A stretch of 64,000 nt of DNA from Eledone cirrhosa. Its lineage: Eukaryota. The DNA lies in contig OZ024748.1 of assembly GCA_964016885.1 (NCBI GenBank), positions 33,170,001 to 33,234,000 of the forward strand, read 5' to 3'. Shown here in pieces: positions 1-15,078 of the stretch. The translations under genes and the position numbers were made by a program. The notes under the pieces were generated by a model that did not search any database, had not been told where the DNA came from, and saw nothing but the letters and a program-made list of their open reading frames with translations. The first letter of the stretch is position 1. Every line of letters begins with the position of its first letter.

Positions 1-3000
1 ATAGTGACATGAGAAATACCACCCAGTCATCCGTGTAAGGTGGTTGTGATGGTTACATGAGAAATACCACCCAGCCTACCCTGTAAGGTGGTTGTGTTGT
101 TAACATGAGAAATACCACCCAGTCGACCCTGGAAGGTGGTTGTGTTGGTGACATGAGAAATACCACACAGTCTACACTGTAAGGTGGTTGTGCTGGTTAC
201 CTGACAAAATACACCCAGTCTATCCTGAAAGGTGGTTGTGCTTGTGGCTTAAGAAATACCACCCAGTCTACCGTGGAAGGTGGTTGTGTTGTTGACATGA
301 GAAATACCACCCAGTCTACTCTGTAAGTTGTTTATGGTGTTGACATGAGAAATACCACCCAGTCTACCCCGTAAGGTGGTTAGGGTGTTGACATGAGAAA
401 TACCACCCACTCCACCCTGTAAGGTGGTTGAGTTGGTGACATGAGAAATACCACCCAGTCTACCTTGTAAGGTGGTTGTGTTGGTGACATGAGAAATACC
501 ACCCTGTGCACCCTGTAAGGTAGTTGTGTTGTTTATATGAGAAATACCACCCAATCCACCCTGTAAGGTGGTTATGTTGTTGACATGAGAAATACCACCC
601 AGTCAAACCTGTAAGGTGATTGTGTTGGTGACATGAGAAATACCACCCAGTCTACCTTGTAAAGTGGTTGTGATGGTGACATGAGAAATACCACCCAGCC
701 TACCCTGTGCACCCTGTAAGGTAGTTGTGTTGTTTATATGAGAAATACCACCCAATCCACCCTGTAACGAGGTTGTGTTGTTGACATGAGAAATACCACC
801 CAGTCCACCCTATAAGGTGATTGTGTTGGTGACCTGAGAAATATCACCCAGTCTACTCTGTAAGTTGGTTATGGTGTTGACATGAAAAATACCACCCAGT
901 CCACCCTATAAGGTGATTGTGTTGTTGACATGAGAAATACACCCAGTCCACCCTGTAAGGTGGTTATGTTGTTGACATGAGAAATACCACCCAGTCTACC
1001 CTATAAGGTGGTTGTGTTATTGACATGAAAAATACCACCCTGTCCACCCTGTAAGGGTGTTGTGCTGGTGACATGAGAAATATCACCCAGTCTACACTGT
1101 AAGGTGGTTGTGCTGGTTACCTGACAAAATACACCGTCCTCCGTGTAAGGTGGTTGTTATGGTGACATGAGAAATACCACCCAGCCTACCCTGAAAGGTG
1201 GTTGTGTTGTTGACATGAGAAATACCACCCAGTCCACTCTGTAAGGTGGTTATATTGTTGATATGAGAAATACCAACACGTCCACCCTGTTAGGTGGTTT
1301 TGCTGGTGACATGAGAAATACCACCCAGTCCACCCTGTATCGTGGTTGTGTTGGTGACATGAGAAATACCACCCAGTGCACCCTGTAAGTTGTTTATGAT
1401 GTTGACATGAGAAATACCACCCAGTCCACCGTGGAAGGAGGTTATGTTGCTGACGTGAGAAAGAACACCCAGACCACCCTTTAAGGTGTTTGCGTTGGTA
1501 ACATGTGAAATACGACCCAGCGCACCCTGTAAGGTGGTTTTGTTGTAGATATGAGAAATACCACACAATCCACCCTGTAATGTGGTGGTGTTGTTAACTG
1601 AGAAATACCAACCAGTCCACCCTATAAGGTGATTGTGCTGGTGACAAGAGAAATACCACCCAGTCCACCCCGTAAGGTTGTTGTGTTGATGACATGAGAA
1701 ATACACCCAGTCCACCCTTTAAGGTGGTAATTTGGTGACATGAGAAATACCACCCAATCAACCCTGTAAGGTGGTTGTGTTATTGACATGAAAAATACTA
1801 CCCAGTCTACCCTGTAAGGTGGTTGTGCTGGTGACATGAGAAATACCACCCAGCCTACCCTGTAAGTTGGTTATATTGTTGACATGAGAAATACCACCCA
1901 GTCCACCCTGTAATGTGGTTGGGTTGTTGACATGAGAAATACCACCCAGTCTAACCTGTAAGGTGGCTGTGGTCGTGGCTTGAGGAATACCACCCAATCT
2001 ACCCTGTAAGGTGCTTGTGATGGTGACATGAGAAATACCACCCAGTGCTCCGTGTAAGGTGGTTGTGATGGTGACATAAGAAATACCACCCAGTCCACCC
2101 TATAAGGTCGTTGTGCTGGTGACAAGAGAAATACCACCCAGTCCACCCCGTAAGTTTGTTGTGTTGATGACATGAGAAATACACCCAGTCCACCCTGTAA
2201 GGTGGTTATGTTGTTGCCATGAGAAATATCACCCAATCAACCCTGTAAGGTGGTTATGTTGGTGACATGAGAAATCCCACCCAGTCTACCTTGTAAGTTG
2301 GTTATTGTGTTGACATGAGAAATATCACACAGTCCACACTCTAAGGTGGTTGTGTTGGTGACATGAGAAGTGCCACCCAGTGCACCCTGTAAAGTGGTTG
2401 TTTTGTTTATATGAGAAATACCACCCAATCCACTCTGTAAGGAGGTTATGTTGTTGACATGAGAAATACCACCCAGTCTACCCTGTAAGTTGTTTATGGT
2501 GTTGACATGAGAAATAACACCCAGTCCACCCTGTAAGGTGGTCGTGTTGTTGACATGAGAAATACCACCCAGTCTAGCGTGTAAGGTGGCTGAGTTGTTG
2601 ACATGAGAAATACCACACAGTCTAACCTGTAAGGTGGTTGTGCTGGTGACATGAGAAATACCATCCAGTCCTCCGTGTAAGGTGGTTGTGATGGTGACAT
2701 GAGAAATACCACCCAGTCTACCCTGTAAGGTGATTGTGTTGTTGATATGAGAAATATCACCCAGTCCACCCTGTAAGGTGGTTGTGTTGGTGACTTGAGA
2801 AATACCACCCAGCCTACCTCGTAAGCTCGTTATTGTGTTAGCATGAGAAATACCACCCAGCCTACCCTGTAAGGTGGTTGTGTTGTAGATATGAGAAATA
2901 CCACCCAGTCCACCCTGTAAGGTGGTTGTGCTGGTTACTTGAGAAATACCACCCAGTCTACCTCGTAAGTTCGTTATTGTGTTAACATGAGAAATACCAC

Positions 3001-6000
3001 CCAGCCTACCCTGTAAGGTGGTTGTGTTGTAGATATGAGAAATACCACCCAGTCCACCCTGTAAGGTGGTTGTGTTGTTAACATGAGAAATACCACCCTG
3101 TCAAACCTGTAAGGGGGTTCTGTTGGTGACATGATAAATACCACTCAGTTAATCCTGTAAGGTGGTTGTGTTGTTGACATGAGAAATACCCCCCAGTCTA
3201 CCCTGTAATGGTGGTTATGTTGGTGACATGAGAAATAGCACCCAGTCTAGCCTGTAAGATGGTTCAGTTGTTGACATGAGAAATACCACACAGTCTAACC
3301 TGTAAGGTGGTTGTGCTGGTGACATGAGAAATACCATCCAGTCCTCCGTGTAAGGTGGTTGTGATGGTGACATGAGAAATACCACCCAGTCTACTCTGTA
3401 AGGTGGCTGTGCTGGTGGCTTGAGAAATACCACCCAGTCTACCCTGTAAGGTGGTTGTGTTGTTGACATGTGAAATACCACCCAGTCCACCCTGTAGGAT
3501 GATTGTGTTGTTGACATGAGAAATACCACCCAGCCTACCCTGTAAGGTGGTTGTGTTGTTGACATGAGAAATACCACATAGTCGACCCTGTAAGGTGGTT
3601 GTGCTGGTTACCTGACAAAATACACCCAGTCTATCCTGTAAGGTGTTTGTGCTGGTGGCTTGAGAAATAACACCCAGTCTAGCCAGGAAGGTGGTTGTGT
3701 TGTTGACATGAGAAATCCCACCCAGTCCACCCTGTAAGTTGGTTATGTTGTTGATATGAGAAATACCACCCAGTCCACCCTGTAAGGGGTTTGTGTTGGG
3801 GACATGAGAAATATCACCTAGTCTACCCTGTAAGGTCGTTGTATTGTAGATATGAGAAATACCACCCAATCCACCCTGTAAAGTGGTTATGTTGGTGCCA
3901 TGAGAAATACCACCCAGTGCACCCTGTAAGGTGGTTGTATTGTTTATATGAGAAATACCACCCAATCCACCCTGGGAGGTGTTTATGTTGTTAACATGAG
4001 AAATACCACCCAATCAAACCTGTAAGGGGGTTGTGTTGGTGACATGAGAAATACCACCCAGTGCACCCTGTAAGTTGTTTATGATGTTGACATGATAAAT
4101 ATCACCCAGTCTACCTTGTATGGTTGTTATGTTTTTGAGATGGAAATACCACCCAGTCCACCGCGGAAGGTTGTTGTGCTGGTTACCTGACAAAATACAC
4201 CCAGTCTACCATGTCAGATGGTTGTGTTGTTTACATGTGAAATACCACCCATTCCACCCTGTAAGGGATTTGTGATGGTGACATGAGAAATAGCACCCAG
4301 TCCTCCGTGTAAGGTGGTTGTGATTGGCAAATGAGAAATACCACCCAGCCTAACCTGTAAGGTGGTTGTGCTGTTGACATGAGAAATACCACCCAGTCGA
4401 CCCTGTGCGGTGGTTGTGCTGGTTACCTGACAAAATACACCCAGTCTATCCTGTAAGGTGGTTATGCTGGTGGCATCAGAAATACCATCCAGTCCACCCT
4501 GTAATGTGGTTGGGTTGTTGACATGAGAAATACAACTAACCTGGTTAGACATAGTTGGTTATGTCGGTGACATGAGAAATACCACCCTGTCTACCCTGTA
4601 AGGTGGTTGTGGTGGTGGCTTGAGGAATATCACCCAATCTACCCTGTAAGGTGGTTGTGATGGTGACATGAGAAATACCACCCAGTGCTCCGTGTAAGGT
4701 GGTTGTGATGGTGACTTGAGAAATACCACCCAGCCTACCCTGTAAGGTGGTTGTGTTGTAGATATGAGAAATACCACCCAGTCCAGCCTCTAAGGTGGTT
4801 GTGTTGTTAACATGAGAAATACCACCCAGTCAAACCTGTAAGGGGGTTCTGTTGGTGACATGAGAAATACCACCATTGAACCCTGTAAGGTGGTTGTGTT
4901 GTAGACATGAGAAATACCACCCAGTCCACCCTGTAAGGTGGTTGTGTTGTTGACATGAGAAATATCCCCCAGTCTACCCTGTAATGGTGGTTATGCTGGT
5001 GACATGAGAAATAGCACCCAGTCTAGCCTGTAAGATGGTTGAGTTGTTGATATTGGAAATACCCCCCAGTCTCACCTGTAAGGTGGTTGTGTTGCTGACA
5101 TGAGAAATACCACCCAGTCCACCCTGTAAGGTGGTTGTGTTGTTGGCATGAGAAATACCACCCAGTCCACCCTGTAAGGTGGTTGTGTTGTTGACATGAG
5201 AAATACCATCCAGTCGACCCTGTATGGTGTGTGTGCTGGTTACCTGACAAAATACACCCAGTCTATCCTGTAAGGTGTTTGTGCTGGTGGCTTGAGAAAT
5301 AACACCCAGTCTAGCCAGGAAGGTGGTTGTGTTGTTGACATGAGAAGTCCCACCCAGTCCACCCTGTAAGTTGGTTATGTTGTTGATATGAGAAATACCA
5401 CCCAGTCCACCCTGTAAGGGGTTTGTGTTGGGTACATGAGAAATATCACCCAGTCTACCCTGTAAGGTGGTTGTATTGTAGATATGAGAAATACCAGCCA
5501 ATCCACCTTGTAAAGTGGTTATGTTGGTGACATGAGAAATACCACCCATTGCACCCTGTAAGGTGGTTGTATTGTTTATATGAGATATACCACCCAATCC
5601 ACCCTGGGAGGTGTTTATGTTGTTAACATGAGAAATACCACCCAGTGCAACCTGTAAGGTGGTTGTGTTGGTGGCATGAGGAATACCACCCAGTCTGGCC
5701 TGTAAGGTGGTTGTGCTGGTGACATGAGAAATACCACCCAGTCTACCCTGTAAGTTGTTTATGGTGTTGACATGAGAAATAACACCCAGTCCACCCTGTC
5801 AGTTGATTGTGTTGTTGACATCAGAAATACCACCCAGCCTATCCTGTAAGTTTGTTATGTTGTTGACATGAGAAATACCACCCAGTCTAGCCTGTAAGGT
5901 GATTGTGCTGGTGACATGAGAAATACCACCCAGTCCACCATGTAAGGTGGTTCAGATGTTGACATGACAAATACAACCCAGTCCAGCCTGTAAGGTGATT

Positions 6001-9000
6001 GTGTTGGTGACATGAGAAGTGCCACCCACTCTACCTTGTAAGTTGGTTATGGTGTTGACATCAGTAATACCACCCAGTCCACCCTGTAAGGTGGTTGTGT
6101 TGGTAACGTGAGAAATAGCACCAAGACTACCCTGTAAGGTGGTTGTGTTGGTGACATGAGAAATACCACCCAGTGCACCCTGTAAGGTGGTTGTGTTGTT
6201 TATATGAGAAATACCACCCAATCCACCATGTAAGGTGGTTATGTTGTAAACATGAGAAATACCACCCAGTCAAACCTGTAAGGGGGTTGTGTTGGTGACA
6301 TAAGAAATACCACCTAGTGCACCCTTTAAGGTGGTTGTGTTGAAGATACGAGAAATACCACGCAATCCACCCTGTAAGGTGATTATGTTGTTGACATGAG
6401 AAATACCACCCAGTCCACCCTATGAGGTGGTTGTGTAGGTTACATGAGAAATATCACCCAGTCTACCCTGTAAGGTGGTTATGTTGTTGAGATGAGAAAT
6501 ACCACCCAGTCCACCCCGTAAGGTTGTTGTGCTGGTTACCTGACAAAATACACCCAGTCTACCCTGTAATGTGATTGTGTTGTTGACATGAGAAATACCA
6601 CCCAGTCCTCCGTGTAAGGTGGTTCGTGATGGGGAAATGAGAAATACCACCCAGCCTACGCTGTAAGGTGGTTGTGTTGTTGGCATGAGAAATACCACCC
6701 AGTCGAGCCTGTAAGGTGGTTGTGCTGGTTACCTGACAAAATAAACCTTATCTAACCTGTAAGCTGGTTGTGCCGGTGGCTTGAGTAATACCACCCAGTC
6801 TAGCCTGGAAGGTGGTTCTGCTTGTGACATGAGTAATACCGCCCAGTCTACCCTGGAAGGTCGTTGTGTTCGTAACATGAGAAATACCACCCAGTCTACT
6901 CTGTAAGTTGATTATGGTGTTGACATGAGAAATACCACCCAGTCTACCCTGTAAGGTGGTTGTGTTGTTGACATAAGAAATACCACCCTGTCTACCCTGT
7001 AAGGTGGTTGTGCTGGTGACATGAGAAATACCACCCTGTCCAGTCTGTAATGTGGTTATATTGTTGACATGAGAAATACCAGCCAGTCTAACCTTTAAGG
7101 TGGTTATGTTGTTGACATGAGAAAGTCCACCCTGTAAGATGGTTGAGTTGTTGACATGAGAAATACCACCCTATACCACCCTGTAAAGTGGTGTGTTGTT
7201 GACATGACAAAATAAACCCTATCTATCCTGTAAGCTGGTTGTGCCGGTGGCTTGAGTAATACCACCCAGTCTAGCCTGGAAGGTGGTTCTGCTTGTGACA
7301 TGAAAAATACCGCCCAGTCTACGCTGGAAGGTGGTTGTGTTGGTGACATGAGAAATACCACCCAGTCTACCCTGTAAGTTGGTTATGGTGTTGACATGAA
7401 AAATACCGCCCAGTCTACCCTGGAAGGTCGTTGTGTTCGTAACATGAGAAATACCACCCAGTCTACTCTGTAAGTTGGTTATGGTGTTGACATGAGAAAT
7501 ACAACCCAGTCCATCCGGTAAGGTGGTTGTGCTGGTGACATGAGAAATACCACCCAGTCCATTCTGTAAGGTGGTTGTGCCAGTGGCTTGAGAAATACCA
7601 CCCAGTCAAGCCTGGAAAGTGGTTGAGCTGGTGACATGAAAAATGCCACCCAGTCTACCCTGGAATGTGGTTGTGTTGGTGACATGAGAAATACCACCCA
7701 GTCTACTCTGTAAGTTGGTTATGGTGTTGACATGAAAAATACTACCCAGTCCACCCTGGAAGGTGGTTGTGTTGGTGACATGAGAAATACCACCCAGTCT
7801 ACCCTGTAAGTTGGTTATGGTGTTGACATGAGAAATACCATCCAGTCCACCCTGTAAGGTGGTTGTGTTGTTCATATGAGAAATACCACCCAGTCCAACC
7901 TGTAAGGTGGTTATGTTGTTGACATGAGAAATACCACCCAGCCTGCCGTGTAAGGTGGTTTTGTTGTTGACATGAGAAATACCACCCAGTCTACCCTGGA
8001 AGGTGTTTGTGCTGGTTACCTGACAAAATACACCCAGTCTATCCTGAAAGGTGGTTGTGCTGGTGGCTTGAGAAATATCACCCAGTCTAGCCTTTAAGGT
8101 GGTTGTGCTGGTGACATGAGAAATAACACCCAGTCTACCCTGCAAGGTGGTCGTGTTGCTGACATGAGAAATACCACCAAGTCCACCCTGTAAGGTGGTT
8201 ATGTTCTTGATATGAGAAATACCAACCAGTCCACCCTGTAAGGTGGTTGTGTTGGTGATATGAGAAATACCACCCAGTCTACTCCGTAAGTTGTTTATGG
8301 TGTTCACATGAGAAATAACACCCAGTCCACCCTGTAAGGTGGTTATGTTGCTGACAAGAGAAATAACACCCAGTACACCCTGTAAGGTGTTTGTGTTGTT
8401 GACATAAGAAATACCACCCAGTCTACCCTGTAAGGTGGTTGTTCTGGTGACATGAGAAATACCACCCATTCTACTCTGAATGGAGGTTGTGTTGTTGATA
8501 TAAGATATACCACCAAGTCCACCCTGTAAGGTGGTTATGTTGTTGATATGAGAAATACCACCCAGTGAACCCTGTAAGCGGGTTGTGCTGGTGACATGAG
8601 AAATACCACCCAGTCTACCCTGTAAGGTGGTTGTATTGGTGACAAGAGAAATACAACCCAGTCTACCCTGTAAGTTGTTTATGGTGTTAACATGAGAAAT
8701 AACACCCAGTCCACCCTGTAAGGTGGTTGTGTTGTTGACATGAGAAATACCACCCAGCCTATCCTGTAAGGTTGTTTTGTTGTTGACATGAGAAATACCA
8801 CCCACTCTAGGCTGTAAGGTGGTTGTGCTGGTGACATGAGAAATACCACCCTGTCCACCCTGTAAGGTGGTTATGTTGTTGGTATGAGGAATACCACCCT
8901 GTCCACCCTGTAAGGGGATTGTGTTGGTGACATGAAAAGTACCACCCACTCTACCTTGTAAGTTGGTTATGGTGTTGATATCAGAAATACCACCCAGTCC

Positions 9001-12000
9001 ACTCTGTAAGTAGTTGTGTTGGTAACATGAGAAATACCACCCTATACCACCCTGTAAAGTGGTGTGTTGGTGACATGAGAAATACCACCCAGTGCACCCT
9101 GTAAGGTGGTTTTGTCGTTTATATGAGAAATACCACCCAATCTACCCTGTAAGGTGGTTATGTTGTTAACATGAGGAATACCACCCAGTCAAACCTGTAA
9201 GGGGGTTGTGTTGGTGACATGAGAAATACCACCCAGTCCACCCCGTAAGGTTGTTGTGCTGGTTACCTGACAAAATACACCCAGTCTACCCTGTAATGTG
9301 GTTGTGCTGGTGGCTTGAGAAATACTACCCAGTCTACCCTGTAAGGTGGTTGTGTTGTTGACATGAGAAATACGACCCAGTCCACCCTGTAAGGTGATTG
9401 TGTTTTTGACATGAGAAATACCACCCAGTCCACCCTGTAAGGGGGTTGTGATGGTGACATGAGAAATACCACCCAGTTCTCCGTGTATGGTGGTTCGTGA
9501 TGGGGAAATGAGAAATAACACCCAGCCTACCCTGTAAGGTGGTTGTTTTGTTGACATGAGAAATACCACCCAGTCGAGCCATTAAGGTGGTTGTGCTGGT
9601 TACCTGACAAAATAAACACTATCTATCCTGTAAGGTGGTTGTGCCGGTGGCTTGAGAAATACCACCCAGTCTAGCCTGGGAGGTGGTTGTGCTGGTGACA
9701 TGAAAAATACCACCCAGTCTACGCTGGAAGGTGGTTGTGTTGGTGACATCAGAAAGACCACCCAGTCTACTCTGTAAGTTGGTTATGGTGTTGACATGAA
9801 AAATACCACCCAGTCTACCCTGGAAGGTGGTTGTGTTGGTGACATGAGAAATACCACCCAGTCTACCCTGTAAGTTGGTTATGGTGTTGACATGAGAAAT
9901 ACCACCCAGTCCACCCTGTAAGGTGGTTGTGTTGGTGACATGAGAAATACCACCCAGTCTACTCTGTAAGTTGGTTATGGTGTTGACATGAGAAATACAA
10001 CCCAGTGCACCCTGTAAGGTGGTTGTGTTGTTCATATGAGAAATACCACCCAGTCCAACCTGTAAGGTGGTTATGTTGTTGACATGAGAAATACTACCCA
10101 GCCTGCCGTGTAAGGTGGTTTTGTTGTTGACATGAGAAATTACACCCACTCTACCCTGTAAGGTGTTTGTGCTGGTTACCTGACAAAATACACCCAGTCT
10201 ATCCTGAAAGGTGGTTGTGCTGGTGGCTTGAAAAATACCACCCAGTCTAGCCGTTAAGGTGGTTGTGCTGGTGACATGAGAAATAACACTGACAAAATAC
10301 GACCTAGTCCACCCTGTAAGATGGTTGAATTGTTGACATGAGAAATACCACCCTGTCCAATCTGTATTGTGGTTATATTGTTGATATGACAAATACCACC
10401 CAGTCCACCCTGTAAGATGGTTGAGTTGTTGACATGAGAAATACTACACAGTCTACACTGTAAGGTGGTTGTGCTGGAGGCTTGAGAAATACCACCCAGT
10501 CTACACTGTAGGTTTTGTTGACATGAGAAATACCACCCAGTCCACCCTGTAAGGTGGTTATGTTGTTGGCATGAGAAATACCACCCAGCTTGCCCTGTTA
10601 GGTGGTTGTGTTGTTGACATGAGAAATACCATCCAGTCGACCGTGTAAGGTGGTTGTGCTGGTTACCTGACAAAATACACGCTGACTATCCTGAAAGGTG
10701 GTTGTGCTGGTGGCTTGAGAAATACCACCCAGTCTAGCCTGTAAGATGGTTGTGCTGATGGCATGAGAAATACCACCCAGTCTACCCTGGAAGGTGGTCG
10801 TGTTGTTGACATGAGAAATACCACCCAGTCCACCCTGTAAGGTGGTTATGTTGTTGTTATGAGAAATAGCACCAAGACCACCCTGTAAGGTGGTTGTGTT
10901 GGTGACATGAGAAATACCACCCAGTCTACCCTGTAAGTTGTTTATGGTGTTCACATGAGAAATAACACCCAGTCCACCCTGTAAGGTGGTTATGTTGCTG
11001 ACATGAGAAATAACAACCAGTTCACCCTGTAAGTTGGTTGTGCTGTTGACATGAGAAATACCACCCTGTCTACCCTGTAAGGTGGTTGTGCTGGTGACAT
11101 GAGAAATACCACCCTGTCCAATCTGTAATGTGGTTATGTTGTTGACATGAGAAATACCACCCAGTCCATTCTGTAAGGTGGTTGTGCCAGTGGCTTGAGA
11201 AATACCACCCAGTCAAGCCTGGAAAGTGGTTGAGCTGGTGACATGAAAAATGCCACCCAGTCTACCCTGGAATGTGGTTGTGTTGGTGACATGAGAAATA
11301 CCACCCAGTCTACTCTGTAAGTTGGTTATGGTGTTGACATGAAAAATACTACCCAGTCTACCCTGGAAGGTGGTTGTGTTGGTGACATGAGAAATACCAC
11401 CCAGTCTACCCTGTAAGTTGGTTATGGTGTTGACATGAGAAATACCACCCAGTCCACCCTGTAAGGTGGTTGTGTTGTTCATATGAGAAATACCACCCAG
11501 TCCAACCTGTAAGGTGGTTATGTTGTTGACATGAGAAATACCACCCAGCCTGCCGTGTAAGGTGGTTTTGTTGTTGACATGAGAAATACCACCCAGTCTA
11601 CCCTGGAAGGTGTTTGTGCTGGTTACCTGACAAAATACACCCAGTCTATCCTGAAAGGTGGTTGTGCTGGTGGCTTGAGAAATATCACCCAGTCTAGCCT
11701 TTAAGGTGGTTGTGCTGGTGACATGAGAAATAACACCCAGTCTACCCTGCAAGGTGGTCGTGTTGCTGACATGAGAAATACCACCAAGTCCACCCTGTAA
11801 GGTGGTTATGTTCTTGATATGAGAAATACCAACCAGTCCACCCTGTAAGGTGGTTATATTCTTGATATGAGAAATATCACCCAGTCCACCCTGTAAGGTG
11901 GTTGTGTTGGTGATATGAGAAATACCACCCAGTCTACTCCGTAAGTTGTTTATGGTGTTCACATGAGAAATAACACCCAGTCCACCCTGTAAGGTGGTTA

Positions 12001-15000
12001 TGTTGCTGACAAGAGAAATAACACTCAGTACACCCTGTAAGGTGTTTGTGTTGTTGACATAAGAAATACCACCCAGTCTACCCTGTAAGGTGGTTGTTCT
12101 GGTGACATGAGAAATACCACCCATTCAACTCTGAATGGAGGTTGTGTTGTTGATATAAGATATACCACCAAGTCCACCCTGTAAGGTGGTTATGTTGTTG
12201 ATATGAGAAATACCACCCAGTGAACCCTGTAAGCGGGTTGTGCTGGTGACATGAGAAATACCACCCAGTCTACCCTGTAAGGTGGTTGTATTGGTGACAA
12301 GAGAAATACAACCCAGTCTACCCTGTAAGTTGTTTATGGTGTTAACATGAGAAATAACACCCAGTCCACCCTGTAAGGTGGTTGTGTTGTTGACATGAGA
12401 AATACCACCCAGCCTATCCTGTAAGGTTGTTGTGTTGGTGACATGAGAAATACCACCCAGTCTACGCTGTAAGTTGGTTATGGTGTTGACATGAGAAATA
12501 CCAACCAGTCTACCCTGTAAGGTGGTTGTGTTGGTGATATGAAAATACAACCTAGTCCATCCTGTAATGTGTTTGTGTTGGTGACATGAGAAATACCACC
12601 CAGTGCACCCTGTAAGGTGGTTGTGTTATTCATATGAGAAATACCACCCAGTCGACCCTGTAAGGTGGTTATGTTGCTGACATGAGAAATACCACCCAGT
12701 CTACACTGTAAGGTGTTTGTGCTGGTTACCTGACAAAATACCACACAGTCCACCCTGTCAGGTGGTTGTGTTGCTGACATGAGAAATACCCCCCAGTCTA
12801 CCCTGTAAGGGGGTTATGTTGTTGACATGAGAAATACACCCAGTCTACCCTGTAAGATTGTTGTGTTGTTGACATGAGAAATACCACCCAGTCTACCATG
12901 AAAGGTGGGCGAGATGGTGACATGATAAATACCACCCCGTCCACCCTGTAAGGTGGTTGTTCTGGTGACATGAGGAATACCACCCAGTCTACCCTGTAAG
13001 GTGGTTGTGATGGTTACATGAGAAATACCACCAAGTCTACACTGTAAGGTGGTTGTGATGGTTACATGAGAAATACCACCCAGTCTACCCTGTAAGGTGG
13101 TTGTGATGGTTACATGAGAAATACCACCAAGTCTACCCTGTAAGGTGGTTGCGTTGGTGACATGAGAAATGCCACCCCTTTCACCCTGTAAGGTTGTTGT
13201 TCTGGTGACATGAGAAATACCACCCAGTCTTCCCTGTAACGTGGTTATGTTGTTGACATGAGAAATACCACCCCGTCCACCCTGTAAGGTGGTTGTTCTG
13301 TTGACATGAGGAATACCACCCAGTCTACCCTGTCAGGTGGTTATGATGGTGACATGAGAAATACCACCCAGTCCACCCTGTAATGTGGTTGTGCTAGCGG
13401 CTTGAGAAATACCACCCAGTCTACACTGTAAGGTGGTTGTGTTGGTTACATGAGAAATACCATCCAGTCCACACTGTAAGGTGTTTGTGATGTTGACATG
13501 AGAAATACCACCCAGTCTACCCTGTAAGGTTGTTATGTTGTTGACATCAGAAATACCACCCAGTCTACCCTGTAAGATAGGTGTGATGGTGAAATGAGAA
13601 ATATCACCCAGTCTACCCTATAAGGTGGTTGTGTTGTTGCCATGAGAAATACCACCCAGTCTTCCCTGTAACGTGGTTGTGTTGTTGACATGAGAAATAC
13701 CACCCAGTCCACCCTATGAGGTGGTTGTGTTGGTTACATGAGAAATACTACCCAGTCTACCCTGTAAGGTGGTTGTGTTGTTGACATGAGAAATACCACC
13801 CAGTCCACCCTGTAGGCTGATTGTGCTGTTGACATGAGAAATACCACCCAGTCCACCCTGTAAGGGGGTTGTGATGGTGACATGAGAAATACCACCCAGT
13901 CCTCCGTGTAAGGTGGTTCGTGATGGGGAAATGAGAAATACCACCCAGCCTACCCTGTAAGGTGGTTGTGTTGTTGACATGAGAAATACCACCCAGTCGA
14001 GCCTGTAAGGTGGTTGTGCTGGTTACTTGAAAAATAAACCCTGTCCATCCTGTAAGGTGGTTGTGCCGGTGGCTTGAGAAATACCACCCAGTCTAGCCTG
14101 GAAGGTGGTTGTGCAGGTGACATGAAAAATACTACCCTGTCTACCCTGGAAGGTGGTTGTGTTGTTGACATGAGAAATACCACCCAGTCTACTCTGTAAG
14201 TTGGTTATGGTGTTGACATGAGAAATACCACCCAGTCCACCCTGTAAGGTGGTTGTGTTGGTGATATTAAAAATACAACCCACTCCACCCTGTAAGGTGT
14301 TTGTGATGGTTACATGAGAAATACCACCAAGTCTACCCTGTAAGGTGGTTGCGTTGGTGACATGAGAAATGCCACCCCGTCCACCCTGTAAGGTGGTTGT
14401 TCTGGTGACATGAGGAATACCACCCAGTCTACCCTGTCAGGTGGTTATGATGGTGACATGAGAAATACCACCCAGTCTACCCTGTAAGGTTGTTATGTTG
14501 TTGACATCAGAAATACCACCCAGTCTACCCTGTAAGATGGGTGTGATGGTGAAATGAGAAATACCACCCAGTCTACCCTGTAAGGTGGTTGTGTTGTTGA
14601 CATAAGAAATACCACCCAGTCCACCCTATAAGGTGGTTGTGCTGGTGACATGAGAAATACCACCCAGTCTACCCTGTTAGGTGTTTATGATGGTAACATG
14701 AGAAATACCACCAAGTCCACCCTGTAAGGTGGTTGTGCTGGTGACAAAGAGAAATACCACCCAGTCCACCCTGTAATATGGTTGTGCTGGCGGCTTGCGA
14801 AATACCACCCAGTCTACACTGTAAGGTGGTTGTTCTGGTGACATGAGGAATACCACCCACTCTACTCTGTAAGGTGGTTATGATGGTAACATGAGAAATA
14901 CCAGCAAGTCTACCCTGTAAGGTGGTTGTGCTGGTGACATGAGAAATACCACCCAGTCCACCCTGTAAGCTGGTAGTGCTGGTGGCTTGAGAAATACACA

Positions 15001-15078
15001 CCCAGTCTACCTTGTAAGGGGGTTGTGCTGGTGACAAGAGAAATACCACCCAGTCTACCTTGTAAGGGCCTTATGATG
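1..15078. repeat. 48-bp satellite tandem array (about 310 monomers, continues beyond the window start)
   Basis: Consensus GACATGAGAAATACCACCCAGTC(C/T)ACCCTGTAAGGTGGTTGTGTTG(T/G)T repeats head to tail. Minus-strand ORFs show matching 16-aa periodicity (GGISHVTNTTTLQGRL). Confidence 0.97.

Noticed and set aside
1-15078. CRISPR-like array, or an ice-nucleation-type gene with 16-aa repeats
   Set aside because: Monomers are contiguous with no unique spacers and there are no cas genes. The context is animal genomic DNA, the peptide lacks the AGYGST motif, and the frame is interrupted.
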